DNA from: Deltaproteobacteria bacterium | Lineage (GTDB): Bacteria > Desulfobacterota > B13-G15 > RBG-16-54-18 | Reading direction: 5' to 3' | Length of the DNA stretch: 37,507 nt | Assembly: GCA_030672385.1 (NCBI GenBank) | Contig: DAOVGN010000057.1 | Span: 1 to 37,507, forward strand | Part shown: positions 17,856 to 28,084 of the stretch, piece after piece | How the letters are laid out: each line of letters opens with the position of its first letter | Numbering within the stretch: position 1 is the stretch's first letter | Program-made: the position numbers and the translations under genes | Notes under the pieces: model-generated | Told to the model about the DNA's origin: nothing | The model's database searches: none | What the model saw: the letters and a program-made list of their open reading frames with translations, nothing else

Positions 17856-18624
17856 GGGACAAATAAGGGAGAGGAAAAGGATAGGATCCCTTTATCATCG
17901 TTTGAGGATCTCACTTCCCCAACCCATTGGCCCTGTACTACCCGGGCAATTTGCCATGTTGAAAATAGAGGGCGGAGGGAGCATTATATTGCCCCGTCCC
18001 TTCTCCATCCATAACTTTGAGGAAGGGGAGAGAGTTCCTTGGCTGGACTTCCTCTTCAAGGTAGTGGGCAAAGGAACAGGTCTATTGGCCGAGATATCGG
18101 TTGGTTCGCCAATCATGGTTTTGGCCCCCTTGGGTAAGGGCTTCCCTGCCCCACCGCGGGGTTATAAACCCTTGTTCATTGCAGGAGGGATGGGTATTGC
18201 CCCACTCTTCCCCCTTATCATGAGGATGAAATCATCTTCCTCGCCCCTCTGCCTTCTCTATGGGGCGAAATCCCAAGGTGACCTCATCTGTCTGTCTGAG
18301 CTCCTCGATCTGAAGGAGATAACGATCAAGATCGCTACCGAGGATGGAACAGCGGGAACAAAGGGTATGGTGACAGAACTCCTGAAAGGAGATGATGACG
18401 ACGGAGGGGATCAGATAGTGATCTATGCCTGTGGTCCAGAGCCTATGTTAAGGGCTGTATCTAAATTTGCCGCTGAGCATAAGAAGCCCTGCTGGATCTC
18501 TTTAGAGAGGCGGATGGCCTGCGGGGTTGGCGCCTGCCTCGGTTGTGTGGTGGAGACCAAAAGAGGATATAAGAGGGTTTGTAGGGAAGGACCTATATTT
18601 GAGGCCCGAGAGATACTATGGTGA
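17818..18624 (+). CDS. pyrK: dihydroorotate dehydrogenase B electron transfer subunit
   Basis: PGQF, RPFSI, GGMGIAP, CGPEPML, MACGVGACLGC; upstream of pyrD. Confidence 0.95.
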   Translation: MAKMPMGNPTYLRGQIRERKRIGSLYHRLRISLPQPIGPVLPGQFAMLKIEGGGSIILPRPFSIHNFEEGERVPWLDFLFKVVGKGTGLLAEISVGSPIMVLAPLGKGFPAPPRGYKPLFIAGGMGIAPLFPLIMRMKSSSSPLCLLYGAKSQGDLICLSELLDLKEITIKIATEDGTAGTKGMVTELLKGDDDDGGDQIVIYACGPEPMLRAVSKFAAEHKKPCWISLERRMACGVGACLGCVVETKRGYKRVCREGPIFEAREILW

Positions 18625-18625
18625 G

Positions 18626-19540
18626 ATGATGCCTAGCTTGAAGGTAAAATTGGGGGAATTGGAGCTGCAAAACCCGGTAATGCCGGCTGCGGGGACCTTC
18701 GGTTATGGGGAGGAATACTCCTCTCTCATCGAACTTAATAGACTAGGGGCTATCGTAACAAAAGGGGTCTCTTTAGCACCCCAGGAGGGCAACCCTCCCC
18801 CCAGGATATGGGAGACCTGGGGAGGAATGTTGAACTCCATCGGGTTGCACAATGTGGGGCTGGAGATATTCGCCAAGGAAAAACTACCCTTTTTGCGTCG
18901 CTCGAAGACGCCTATCATCGTAAATTTTTTTGGACATACAATAGATGAGTATGCCGAGAGTGCCCGAAGACTGAGTGACTTAGAAGGGGTGGCCGCCCTA
19001 GAGGCGAACCTATCCTGTCCCAACATCAAGGAGGGTGGGATCCACTTTGGGGGCAAACCTCAAACAGTAGCTAAAACAACAAAAATGATAAGAAGATCAA
19101 CAAAATTGCCCATAATAATTAAACTATCTTCTAACGTATCAGATATCAAAGAGGTTGCCATAGCAGCCGAAGGAGAGGGGGCGGATGCCATCTCCTTGAT
19201 CAACTCGATCCCTGCCATGGCGATAGACTTGGAGACAAGGAAACCTGTATTGGGGGGCATAACCGGAGGCCTTTCTGGACCGGCCATTAAGCCCATTGCC
19301 TTAAAGGCCGTTTGGGAGGTGGCATCTAAGGCCAAAGTCCCACTAATTGGGGTCGGGGGAATAATGGACTACAGGGATGCCCTGGAATTTTTGATTGTGG
19401 GAGCTACGGCCGTTCAGGTGGGTACAGCCAATTTCATCAACCCCAAGGCGTTGCTGGAGATAATTGAGGGAATTGAGGCTTTTCTCAAGCGAAAAGGAAT
19501 TGAGGATATAACGGAGATGATCGGAAGCCTGGAATTATGA
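18626..19540 (+). CDS. pyrD: dihydroorotate dehydrogenase B catalytic subunit
   Basis: GTFGYG, GNPPPRI.ET, MLNSIGL, NLSCPN, GGLSGPAIKPIAL; ATG at 18626. Confidence 0.96.
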   Translation: MMPSLKVKLGELELQNPVMPAAGTFGYGEEYSSLIELNRLGAIVTKGVSLAPQEGNPPPRIWETWGGMLNSIGLHNVGLEIFAKEKLPFLRRSKTPIIVNFFGHTIDEYAESARRLSDLEGVAALEANLSCPNIKEGGIHFGGKPQTVAKTTKMIRRSTKLPIIIKLSSNVSDIKEVAIAAEGEGADAISLINSIPAMAIDLETRKPVLGGITGGLSGPAIKPIALKAVWEVASKAKVPLIGVGGIMDYRDALEFLIVGATAVQVGTANFINPKALLEIIEGIEAFLKRKGIEDITEMIGSLEL

Positions 19541-21255
19541 ATTTAAAGTGGAATATATTCCGCTGTCCTGCCGATTTGAGGGAGGAACTGGGCAAACAAC
19601 TGAACATACCCCCTGTGGTCGCCCAACTCCTTATCAAGCGTGGGATCACGGATCCTCGAGAAGGTGAGAGGTTCCTGTCGCCCTCTCTCAATCACCTCTA
19701 TGATCCCTTTGTCATGAAAGATATGGACAAGGCGGTGGCAAGGGTCATCCAGGCTATACAAGGGCAAGAGAATATTTTAATTTACGGGGACTATGATGTA
19801 GATGGTATAACTGCCTGTGCCCTCCTGGTGGATTTTTTGCGTTTATTAGGGATTCAAGCTTCTTATCATATCCCCCATAGATTGAAGGAGGGCTACAGTC
19901 TCAACCTAGAAGCCGTGAAGAAGTTTGCTGCCCAAGGAGTAGAACTCTTGATATGTGTCGATTGTGGGATCAGCGATCGAGAGGAGATAAAATTTGCCCA
20001 GCAATTAGGGATGGATACCATTGTAGTAGATCATCATGAGGTTCCAGCCCAACCCCCTCCAGCCAGTGCCATCCTCAATCCCCTACAGTTGGATTGCCCT
20101 TTCCCCTTTAAGGGGTTAGCCGGAGTGGGGGTGGCCTTCAATCTCGTTGTGGCGTTGCGCAGCAGGTTAAGGGAGTTAGGGTTCTGGCGGGACCGGGGGG
20201 AACCGAACCTTCGTCGCTACCTGGACCTTGTGGCCTTGGGGACTATAGCGGATATAGTCCCCCTGATGGATATGAATCGAGTCCTCGTGAAACATGGTCT
20301 GAAGGAATTGGAAAATAGCGCTCGACCAGGCCTCTCAGCCCTTAAAGAGGTGAGTCGTATAGGTGGGAGAGAGATCTCTACGGGGCAGGTGGCCTTTCGC
20401 CTTGCTCCCCGCCTCAATGCCGGGGGAAGGGTGGCCGATGGGCAGATGGGAGTAAAGCTCCTCCTGGCAAAAGAATATGCGGAGGCCAAAATGATCGCTG
20501 AAGAGCTGGATCGGGCCAATCGAGAACGCCAGGCCATTGAGGAGGGGATTTATAGAGAGGCCAAGGAGGTAATCCAACAAGAGGGGCTCATGCATCGGAG
20601 GAGTTTGGTTTTGAGCAGCGACAGCTGGCACCCCGGTGTCATCGGGATCGTCGCCTCCAAGCTCGCCGAAGAGTTCTGGCGGCCTACGATCTTGATCGCT
20701 ATGGATGGGGAGGAAGGGAAAGGGTCGGCGCGGAGCATAGTGGGATTCCACCTCTATGAGGGCCTCAAGGAGTGTGGCAAGCACCTGTTGGGGTTCGGTG
20801 GGCATAAATATGCTGCTGGCCTGAGGATCAGCCGCAATAAGCTCAAGGCTTTTAGTGATGGTTTTGAAAAGGCGGCAAAGGGGAAGGTAAAAGATGAAGA
20901 CCTCACCCCCACCATCTTTATCGACGCCGAGGTGCAGCTGAAAGAGATCACCCCCCAGCTCTTAGGCCACCTCGCCCTCTTTCCACCCTATGGAGCAGCT
21001 AATCCCAGGCCCCTCTTCTCCACAAGAGATAAACTCCCTCTATACGATGTCAGGACAGTGGGGAAGGACAGTCTAAAGTTTAAACTAAAGGAAGAAAAGG
21101 CGGCCTATGAGATCATCGGCTTTGGTATGGGATACCTCGCCCATCATCTCCCCCCCGAATTGAGGATAGCCTTTCATCCGCAGATGAACGACTGGAAGGG
21201 ATTAAAGAGGCTTCAATTAGAGCTGAGGGCTGTGGAAATAGACCGTGATGGTTAA
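19537..21255 (+). CDS. recJ: single-stranded-DNA exonuclease RecJ
   Basis: YGDYDVDG, VDCG, DHH, ALGTIAD, APRLNA, HPGVIGIVAS, GSARS, GGH. Confidence 0.97.
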   Translation: MNLKWNIFRCPADLREELGKQLNIPPVVAQLLIKRGITDPREGERFLSPSLNHLYDPFVMKDMDKAVARVIQAIQGQENILIYGDYDVDGITACALLVDFLRLLGIQASYHIPHRLKEGYSLNLEAVKKFAAQGVELLICVDCGISDREEIKFAQQLGMDTIVVDHHEVPAQPPPASAILNPLQLDCPFPFKGLAGVGVAFNLVVALRSRLRELGFWRDRGEPNLRRYLDLVALGTIADIVPLMDMNRVLVKHGLKELENSARPGLSALKEVSRIGGREISTGQVAFRLAPRLNAGGRVADGQMGVKLLLAKEYAEAKMIAEELDRANRERQAIEEGIYREAKEVIQQEGLMHRRSLVLSSDSWHPGVIGIVASKLAEEFWRPTILIAMDGEEGKGSARSIVGFHLYEGLKECGKHLLGFGGHKYAAGLRISRNKLKAFSDGFEKAAKGKVKDEDLTPTIFIDAEVQLKEITPQLLGHLALFPPYGAANPRPLFSTRDKLPLYDVRTVGKDSLKFKLKEEKAAYEIIGFGMGYLAHHLPPELRIAFHPQMNDWKGLKRLQLELRAVEIDRDG

Positions 21256-22445
21256 CCCCTCACCATCTTGGTATCCTGGGCATATCTCCTCAGTCCATCC
21301 AAGATAGCGGTAGCCAATTCATCGAGATACCTTTCGTCTCTAAGCCTTCTTTCCTCCATCGGGTTGCTGATGAAGGAGACCTCGATCAGTATAGAGGGCA
21401 TCTTTGCCCCGAACAGTACCACAAAGGGGGCCTGCTTCACACCGAGGTCTTTCACATCGCTATACCTCTCTTTAAGCCTACTTACCAAGGCCCCTTGTAC
21501 ATATTCGGCGAGTTGAGATGATTCATTCACTTTGGCATTAAGCATGAGGTCGTAGAGGATGAGCTGGAGGTCACTTATCTTCTCGGGTGATACCCCACTC
21601 TCTCTTGCTGCTAGGCGTAAGGCGTCCTCATCGGTGGTAAAGTTGAGAAAATAGGTCTCTATTCCATGAGCCTCTCTCTTCTTGGTGGCGTTGGCATGAA
21701 TGGAGACAAAGAGATCACCTCCCTTTGTATTGGCGATGGCTGTCCTTTCCTCCAAAGGTATGAAGCTATCATCCTGGCGAGTCATGACAACTTCCCACCT
21801 CAACTCTTTCCTGATCTTATCCCTCAACTTTTGGGCGATCTTTAAAACCACGTCTTTTTCCCTAAGACCTTTGGGCCCTATTGCCCCTGGATCTCCGGCC
21901 CCATGGCCAGGATCTATCACCACCCTGAAGGACCGGGGCCTCTGGAGAGGGGGGGGCTTGATGACCTTCGCCTTCACAGGCTTGCCCAAGACGTCTATCA
22001 CGATCCTAAAAGGATCGGTCAGGGAAAAGATCTTATAATCGATGAGACTCTCCAGATCCAGCACTACACGCACGGTATCGGGATTATATTGTCCGGCCCG
22101 AGCCCTCTTAAGGAGTCCATCCTCAATGGGGATCGGTTGAGTGAGCTGAGGGCTGAGTCTGGCAACCTTAAGGTCTATATAGAGTCGGTGGGGTTTTTTT
22201 AGCGTGGGGTCTTCTCTTAAGAGATGGTCCTTGTAGGTAACCTCTTGGTCGAGATCGATCACTATGCGGGTGTAAGCGGGATCGGACCAGTGCCTAATGC
22301 CCGTGACCAAGCTCTTTTTCTGAGATGTACCAGGAGGAATTATTTGAAATGCCAGAACCTGATCTTCACCAAAAAGGAGGGGATGTGAGGCTGAAACCCA
22401 CGACAAAAGACAGACAAACACTAATCCTGCAACCTTTTTTAGCAT
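21252..22445 (-). CDS. N-acetylmuramoyl-L-alanine amidase with AMIN domain (AmiC-like)
   Basis: Signal peptide, AMIN region, IDPGHG..DPGA, EKDV.L, FVSIHANA, LIEVSFISN. Confidence 0.95.
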   Translation of the reverse strand: MLKKVAGLVFVCLLSWVSASHPLLFGEDQVLAFQIIPPGTSQKKSLVTGIRHWSDPAYTRIVIDLDQEVTYKDHLLREDPTLKKPHRLYIDLKVARLSPQLTQPIPIEDGLLKRARAGQYNPDTVRVVLDLESLIDYKIFSLTDPFRIVIDVLGKPVKAKVIKPPPLQRPRSFRVVIDPGHGAGDPGAIGPKGLREKDVVLKIAQKLRDKIRKELRWEVVMTRQDDSFIPLEERTAIANTKGGDLFVSIHANATKKREAHGIETYFLNFTTDEDALRLAARESGVSPEKISDLQLILYDLMLNAKVNESSQLAEYVQGALVSRLKERYSDVKDLGVKQAPFVVLFGAKMPSILIEVSFISNPMEERRLRDERYLDELATAILDGLRRYAQDTKMVRG

Positions 22446-22522
22446 TCCTCAAGACATCCGTAGAACTCCCCCAAGGGAGGCCCTTCAGAAAAGGGGAGAT
22501 AGTAACGACGAAAGGTCCTTTG

Positions 22523-25189
22523 CTAAGAAGTCGTGATCCTCCTCGGCTGTACGATCCGGGGGGCTATAAAGATCAAGAGTTCCTTTTTGTCCCTATCCTT
22601 CTTCTTCTTTTTAAATAGCCAGCCCAATAACGGGATTTTGTAAAAGACGGGGACCCCATGCACACTACCGGACTTTTCATAGGTATAGATCCCACCGATC
22701 ACCACTACCTCTCCATCCTTGACCAGGACCTCTGTCTGGGCCTCTTTTTTGTCGATGGCTGGTACACCCAGTACCGTATTGCTCCAGTCAGGGGTATCTT
22801 TAGAGATCTTGATCTCCATCCTTATGTGCCCATCAGCAGTCACATGGGGGGTGACAGTCAGTTTCAGGTTGGCCTCTATGAACTCGGTGGAGATCGTACC
22901 CTCCTCTGTATACTTCGGGTAGGGTATACGCAGACCCTGTTCTATATATGCCTCAGTATGATCCAGGGTAGTAACCCTGGGACTTGAGATCACCTGTCCG
23001 TCCCCTGTCTCCTCCAGGGCTGAAATCTTTACCTGCAGATATTTGGTATTTTTTATATTCGCAATTATCATTTCTATGGCACCACCATGGCCGCTACTTG
23101 CCCCAGCAGGTAGGTCCACCACAAAGTCTCCACTGCTGGCCCCCTTAGTCTCTACATTGACATTTTCTTTGGGAAAATCCTCCGTGATTTTCCCACCCCA
23201 CGATATTCCCAGCTCCCTGGCGAAGTTAGTGCTGGCCTCTATGACCTTCGCCTGGATCAAGATCTGAGGGGTCTGGGCATCCAGTTTTTGCACCAGGTCC
23301 TTCGCCTTTTCCACATTGGTTAGAATGTCCTTTACGATAAGGGTATTGGTGCGCTCATCCACGGTTACGGTCCCCCTGCCGCTCAGGAGGTCTTTGACCT
23401 TAGGGGCGAGTTCCGTAGCCGTGCTGTAGTTCACCGGTATCAATTCGGTGACAAGGGGTGCCAGCTCTTCGCTGGCCTTGGTAGCCGCTGCCCTCGCCAG
23501 TTTATCTTTTTGCAACCTCTCCAGGGGGGCTATTCGGATGACGTTGCCTATCATCTCCATCCCCAAGTTGTTCGCCTGCAGGATGACATCTAGTGCCTGA
23601 TCCCAAGGGACATCTACCAATCTGATGGTGACCTTTCCCTTTACATCCTCGGTGGTGATGATATTCAGGTTGCTCACCTCTGCAAAGAGCCGCAGTATGT
23701 TATCGATGTCTGCGTCCTTGAAATCCAGGGTGACCTTCTTCCCTGTATAGACCTTTTGTGCCACCCTCTCAGGGAGGGTGGCAACCGGCACAACCTTCGG
23801 CACCGGCGCTGGAGGGGCAACCTCCTCCTTTTTCACCTCTGCAGGTTTCTCCACCACTTTTACCTCAGGGGGCTTTTTGACGGTGACCACCTCAACAGGT
23901 TTGGGTTTTTCTACCCTAAATTCTTCAGGCCTCGCAAAATCGAGATAGATCCTGCTGTCCTCCTGCTGGACATCAAAGGCCACCATCTTGCACAACTTCA
24001 CAAGGATTCGGGCACTCTTTTGGTCATCAAGCACAATATTACTGGGGGTGATCATCACCACAGGGCTGGCGAATTCATGGGTATCTAAAGGTCTGGTAAG
24101 CTTTGAGGGGACAATCATTCCCTTTACCTCTACCAGCACCGTATCCTCTGGTCCCTTCACCACATCATAGGGGGCCTTCGCCGAGGTGCAGATAATAATC
24201 CTCGATTTATCCTTCAGCTGCTTAAAGTCTATCCCGGTGATCTCTCCCGTCACAGGTACTGCAGGAGGAACCTTTTCCTCCTTGACAACCTCCTTTTGGG
24301 GCGCAGGAACAGGAGGAACAGGGACCTCTGCCTTCACCTCCTTCCCCAACACGACCCTCAACTCATCACCGACGCGATCGATCCTGTGGGCAGGGAGTGC
24401 CTTGGTTGGAATATCGAGGACCACTCTGACCTTCTTGGGGTGATCTCCTAAACGCACCTTTTTCAGAAAAGGGGAATCGACCAAGACCGCCCTCGAAGGA
24501 AATTTTCTCTTTATCTTCCACAGATCAATTACCAAACGTGTCGGCTTCTGCAGAGCAAAGGTATTGTAATCTCCCACCCTTCCGTCTGTCTTCAAACTCA
24601 AGATCACTTTATCTTTTTGGGACTTATCTGCATAGACGCCGACTAAACTCTGAGCAGGAGCCATTTCTTTTGGGACAACTTTCTCCTTTACTGGTGGAGG
24701 GGCCTCTTCAATGATCTCTATTTCCTTCTTTTTCTCCTCTTCCCTGGCAATAAGAGGGCCCCGTTTACCAACGTCTATGTAGAGGAGGGGGCCTTCCTTT
24801 TGGACTTGATATCTGACTAGTTTATTCAGACATATACAGATCTTGGCATTCCCTTCCTGTTGAGTGGCAACGATCTCCTTTATTACATCATCACCAACCG
24901 TTATGGGGGTGGAGACTCCTTCAGCCAACTCCGTTTGTGGGATATCGATCACCAGCTTCAACGGTTGGGGGATGAGCTTAAAGAACGTATACACCAGAGG
25001 GGATTCCCCCTCGATGATCACTCTCTTGCCCTCATCCCTGTCTACTACCTCTATATTCTTAATGAAATTTTGGGGGACGGCTTTCGGCAAGGGTTGTACC
25101 TTTTCACGGGGGGCACAACCCATTACCAATAAGATAATGGAGATCACCACTACTCCACAGCACCCCTTCTTCTTATTAAGGCTCTTCAT
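22523..25189 (-). CDS. pilQ: type IV pilus secretin PilQ (lipoprotein signal, AMIN repeats)
   Basis: Lipobox LVMGC; AMIN repeats; TLDFKDADI, VPWDQAL, VDERTN, ELGISWGG, KIPLLGWLFK, ELLIFIAPRI. Confidence 0.97.
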   Translation of the reverse strand: MKSLNKKKGCCGVVVISIILLVMGCAPREKVQPLPKAVPQNFIKNIEVVDRDEGKRVIIEGESPLVYTFFKLIPQPLKLVIDIPQTELAEGVSTPITVGDDVIKEIVATQQEGNAKICICLNKLVRYQVQKEGPLLYIDVGKRGPLIAREEEKKKEIEIIEEAPPPVKEKVVPKEMAPAQSLVGVYADKSQKDKVILSLKTDGRVGDYNTFALQKPTRLVIDLWKIKRKFPSRAVLVDSPFLKKVRLGDHPKKVRVVLDIPTKALPAHRIDRVGDELRVVLGKEVKAEVPVPPVPAPQKEVVKEEKVPPAVPVTGEITGIDFKQLKDKSRIIICTSAKAPYDVVKGPEDTVLVEVKGMIVPSKLTRPLDTHEFASPVVMITPSNIVLDDQKSARILVKLCKMVAFDVQQEDSRIYLDFARPEEFRVEKPKPVEVVTVKKPPEVKVVEKPAEVKKEEVAPPAPVPKVVPVATLPERVAQKVYTGKKVTLDFKDADIDNILRLFAEVSNLNIITTEDVKGKVTIRLVDVPWDQALDVILQANNLGMEMIGNVIRIAPLERLQKDKLARAAATKASEELAPLVTELIPVNYSTATELAPKVKDLLSGRGTVTVDERTNTLIVKDILTNVEKAKDLVQKLDAQTPQILIQAKVIEASTNFARELGISWGGKITEDFPKENVNVETKGASSGDFVVDLPAGASSGHGGAIEMIIANIKNTKYLQVKISALEETGDGQVISSPRVTTLDHTEAYIEQGLRIPYPKYTEEGTISTEFIEANLKLTVTPHVTADGHIRMEIKISKDTPDWSNTVLGVPAIDKKEAQTEVLVKDGEVVVIGGIYTYEKSGSVHGVPVFYKIPLLGWLFKKKKKDRDKKELLIFIAPRIVQPRRITTS

Positions 25190-25785
25190 AGTTTTTCCCC
25201 CTCCCCAGGGACATGTAATCTCAAAAGGATCTCCTTTGACCTGATATTGCCCAAATAATCTTTATACCGCTCCTCTATGATTACACTGTCTTTGAGGATT
25301 TTTTTCACTTTGCCGAAGTTTCTCCCGATATATGTCCCCTTCTCGACGATATAACCTTTCCCCTCAGAATCCTCCACCATCGCCCTTCCCTCTGTTTTTC
25401 CCACCAGGATGGCCACCAGTTTCAGTTGACTGAGGTCATATTTCTGCAGGGGGGTGAGGGATATCTGTTCCCCGGAGGGTTTTACAGGGGTTTGCATGGC
25501 GATGAATGGCTGAAAGGGGTCCCTCTTGCCTGTGGGATCGTAGACATAATGGCGCTTTTCCTCCTTTTGCTGCAAGGGCGATGTAGAGGTCGCCGGTGCC
25601 GGTGTGGGGACACTTGGTGAGGGTTTTCGGGATTTGGGTGCCAGCATAACCTTTTCCCGACCCTCTTCTTTTTTGCTATCGGTGCGGGGTGACCTGTCGC
25701 ATCCCCCCAGGATAAGGGCGATACCGATAATCAAGATGAGGGCGCAAGGCCCTTTTGACCTTCTTTCTCTAACCATTTTCACCAC
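25186..25785 (-). CDS. pilP: type IV pilus lipoprotein PilP
   Basis: Lipobox LGGC; YDPTGKRDPF, PLQKYDLSQLKLVAI; position in pilMNOPQ. Confidence 0.93.
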   Translation of the reverse strand: MVKMVRERRSKGPCALILIIGIALILGGCDRSPRTDSKKEEGREKVMLAPKSRKPSPSVPTPAPATSTSPLQQKEEKRHYVYDPTGKRDPFQPFIAMQTPVKPSGEQISLTPLQKYDLSQLKLVAILVGKTEGRAMVEDSEGKGYIVEKGTYIGRNFGKVKKILKDSVIIEERYKDYLGNIRSKEILLRLHVPGEGEKL

Positions 25786-25787
25786 GC

Positions 25788-26381
25788 CTATTTCTTCTTG
25801 GCTCCCTCAACCTTTTCCAAATATCTATAAGTTGTGGCAACGCATGAGGTACTCAACAGGATCTCCCCCTTTTTCTTTGCGGGGGCCTTTACGAGAGAGA
25901 ACTGCGCGATGTTTACTATGCGCGAAAGGGTGCCCACATGATAAAAGAACATCCCTATCTTGTGATACGACCCCACAAACTTTAATTCCACGGGGACCTT
26001 AGCATAAAATTGCCCAGGCTGCTCCCCCTGAGGTTTAAACAAAAGTAATTCCAAGCCAGCCTCTTTGCCCAGATTGGATATGTTCTTCAACAGGTTGGGA
26101 ATCTCCCTTTTGTCCGGCAACTTGCTTAAGGCCTCCCTTAGATCCTCGCTCATCCTCCCCAACTCCTCCTTAAACTTGTCAAAGTCCTTGGCGATGTTGC
26201 TCTTTATATTTTTTTCTCTAATAAGGTCATTCAACTTCGATTCCTTGGCTTCAATCCGCCTTGTCTGCGGAAGGTGAAAGGCGTACACGTAGGTCCCTAA
26301 GATGGCCGCTGAGATCAGCAAGAGGATACCTACTTTTTGCGGTGTAGGTAACTTGATGATGGTGTCCAGAGAGACTGCCAT
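25788..26381 (-). CDS. pilO: type IV pilus assembly protein PilO
   Basis: TM; LPDKREIPNLL, FYAKVPV, GSYH, RIVNI, TYRY. Confidence 0.95.
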   Translation of the reverse strand: MAVSLDTIIKLPTPQKVGILLLISAAILGTYVYAFHLPQTRRIEAKESKLNDLIREKNIKSNIAKDFDKFKEELGRMSEDLREALSKLPDKREIPNLLKNISNLGKEAGLELLLFKPQGEQPGQFYAKVPVELKFVGSYHKIGMFFYHVGTLSRIVNIAQFSLVKAPAKKKGEILLSTSCVATTYRYLEKVEGAKKK

Positions 26382-26391
26382 GGGATCCTCC

Positions 26392-26931
26392 TTAAAGGGA
26401 AGTTGAACAGAGCAAACTAAACTTTTTTAGCCTGAGACCTCCCCTCACAAATTGTTCTGTCACCTCCAGTTCTACCCCGCCGAAATATCTGGAGCGCTCT
26501 AATAGGGTCATGAAATTAGCGATAGTCTCATTGTCCAACGCTACACCTACAATCTTCAGCTTCTTTCCATTCTTATCCAAGCTCTCGATCCACATCTTCT
26601 CCGGTATACTCTGGCTCAGTTCGTCTAGTACACATACCGCACTTAACCTTCCCGCTTCCAAATTATTGATGATAGTTAACTTTTTCTGAAGCTTGGCCTT
26701 TTTCTCCTTTAACTTGTCTATCTCACCCACCACCTCATTTATCTTAGTTATCTCTTCCTTGACCAAGTGCAATTGGGCATCAACACGTTTCTCGCGCTGC
26801 TTTGTAGACCAGTTAAGATAAGCGACAGCCACAAAGGTCAAAAAGAGGACGAGGATTAAGATGGAGGTCTGAAATCGAAGGGTTTCCTTTTTCCTCGCCT
26901 CCCGTACAGGTAGTAAGTTTATCTCTATCAT
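26392..26931 (-). CDS. pilN: type IV pilus assembly protein PilN
   Basis: INLLP motif, TM, coiled coil. Confidence 0.95.
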   Translation of the reverse strand: MIEINLLPVREARKKETLRFQTSILILVLFLTFVAVAYLNWSTKQREKRVDAQLHLVKEEITKINEVVGEIDKLKEKKAKLQKKLTIINNLEAGRLSAVCVLDELSQSIPEKMWIESLDKNGKKLKIVGVALDNETIANFMTLLERSRYFGGVELEVTEQFVRGGLRLKKFSLLCSTSL

Positions 26932-26934
26932 TTC

Positions 26935-27993
26935 TTATATCTTCCTTAAGGCCAACCCTACACCTACGGCCATTAAGGGGCCGATATCCTTTAAATACTC
27001 AGGATCAAAGGCTCGCAGGTTGACCGCTATGTTTGCAAATGGATTGATGATCTCTACTGGCAAATTAAGCCTCTCTCCCACAATCTGTTTTAATCGGGGG
27101 ACCTTGGAGCAGCCACCACCAAGGTAGATGCGAGCTATCCTCTCTTCGGGGAAAGTTGCGGTAAAGAAATCCAAAGACTTGGCTATCTCCAAGGCAATGG
27201 TGGAAGAGGTCTTGTCAAGCACCCTATCGATGGTATGCGGCGTTCCTTTATCCGATACACCACCTAATTTCAAGCCTTCAGCCTCCTCAAAATTTACGCT
27301 TAGCTCCTTTTGGATCTCTTCTGTGTAAAGATTCCCCCCGGTGGAGATATCCCTTGTGAAGAGGGACCTCCCCCCCTTAACGATATTGAGGTTCATTATG
27401 CTGGCTCCAACGTCACATAAGACCACCAAATCTCCTATCTCCAAGGGATAATTTAGTTCGTACATATTCTCCAGGGCAAAAGAATCTATGTCAATAATCG
27501 TGGGACTCAACCCTGCTTCCTTGACGACGGCGACATAATCTTCGATAAAATCTTTCTTGGCGGCAACGAGAAGGACTTCCATATGTTCCCCCATCTCCTT
27601 TTCCGGGGTTGATAATATTTGAAAGTCAATGTTCACATCATTTATGTCAAAGGGGATATACCGCTCTGCTTCCACTAGGACATTCTCCTCTAGCTCCGAT
27701 TCCGTCATCTTGGTGAGGGTGATCTTCTTCACGATTACCGAATGGCCGGACACAGAGACGGCCACCTCCCGCTTTTGAATCTTATAATTAGAGGCCAATT
27801 CCCTTATCGCCTCCACCACTGTTGTGGAATCCATCAAGCTCCCATCCACGATGGTCTCTGGAGGCAGGGGGTTTAGGCCTATGTTGTTGAGTTGGTAGCC
27901 TTTCCCTGTATCCTTGATGTTCACAAATTTGATGGCGCTGGTACCTATGTCCAGCCCTAGTACCTGTTTCCCTTTACTTGTAAAGAGTCCCAT
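26935..27993 (-). CDS. pilM: type IV pilus actin-like protein PilM
   Basis: GLDIGTSAIK, YIPF, IDIDSFALEN, DVGA, AVGVGLALR. Confidence 0.97.
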   Translation of the reverse strand: MGLFTSKGKQVLGLDIGTSAIKFVNIKDTGKGYQLNNIGLNPLPPETIVDGSLMDSTTVVEAIRELASNYKIQKREVAVSVSGHSVIVKKITLTKMTESELEENVLVEAERYIPFDINDVNIDFQILSTPEKEMGEHMEVLLVAAKKDFIEDYVAVVKEAGLSPTIIDIDSFALENMYELNYPLEIGDLVVLCDVGASIMNLNIVKGGRSLFTRDISTGGNLYTEEIQKELSVNFEEAEGLKLGGVSDKGTPHTIDRVLDKTSSTIALEIAKSLDFFTATFPEERIARIYLGGGCSKVPRLKQIVGERLNLPVEIINPFANIAVNLRAFDPEYLKDIGPLMAVGVGLALRKI

Positions 27994-28084
27994 CGATCCA
28001 TCCCCAGAAACCTTTTAAATTGAAATACCAACTTTTTTCAATGTCAAGCATTTTTATAGAGATTTTTTAAAAAATTTGTCCCTA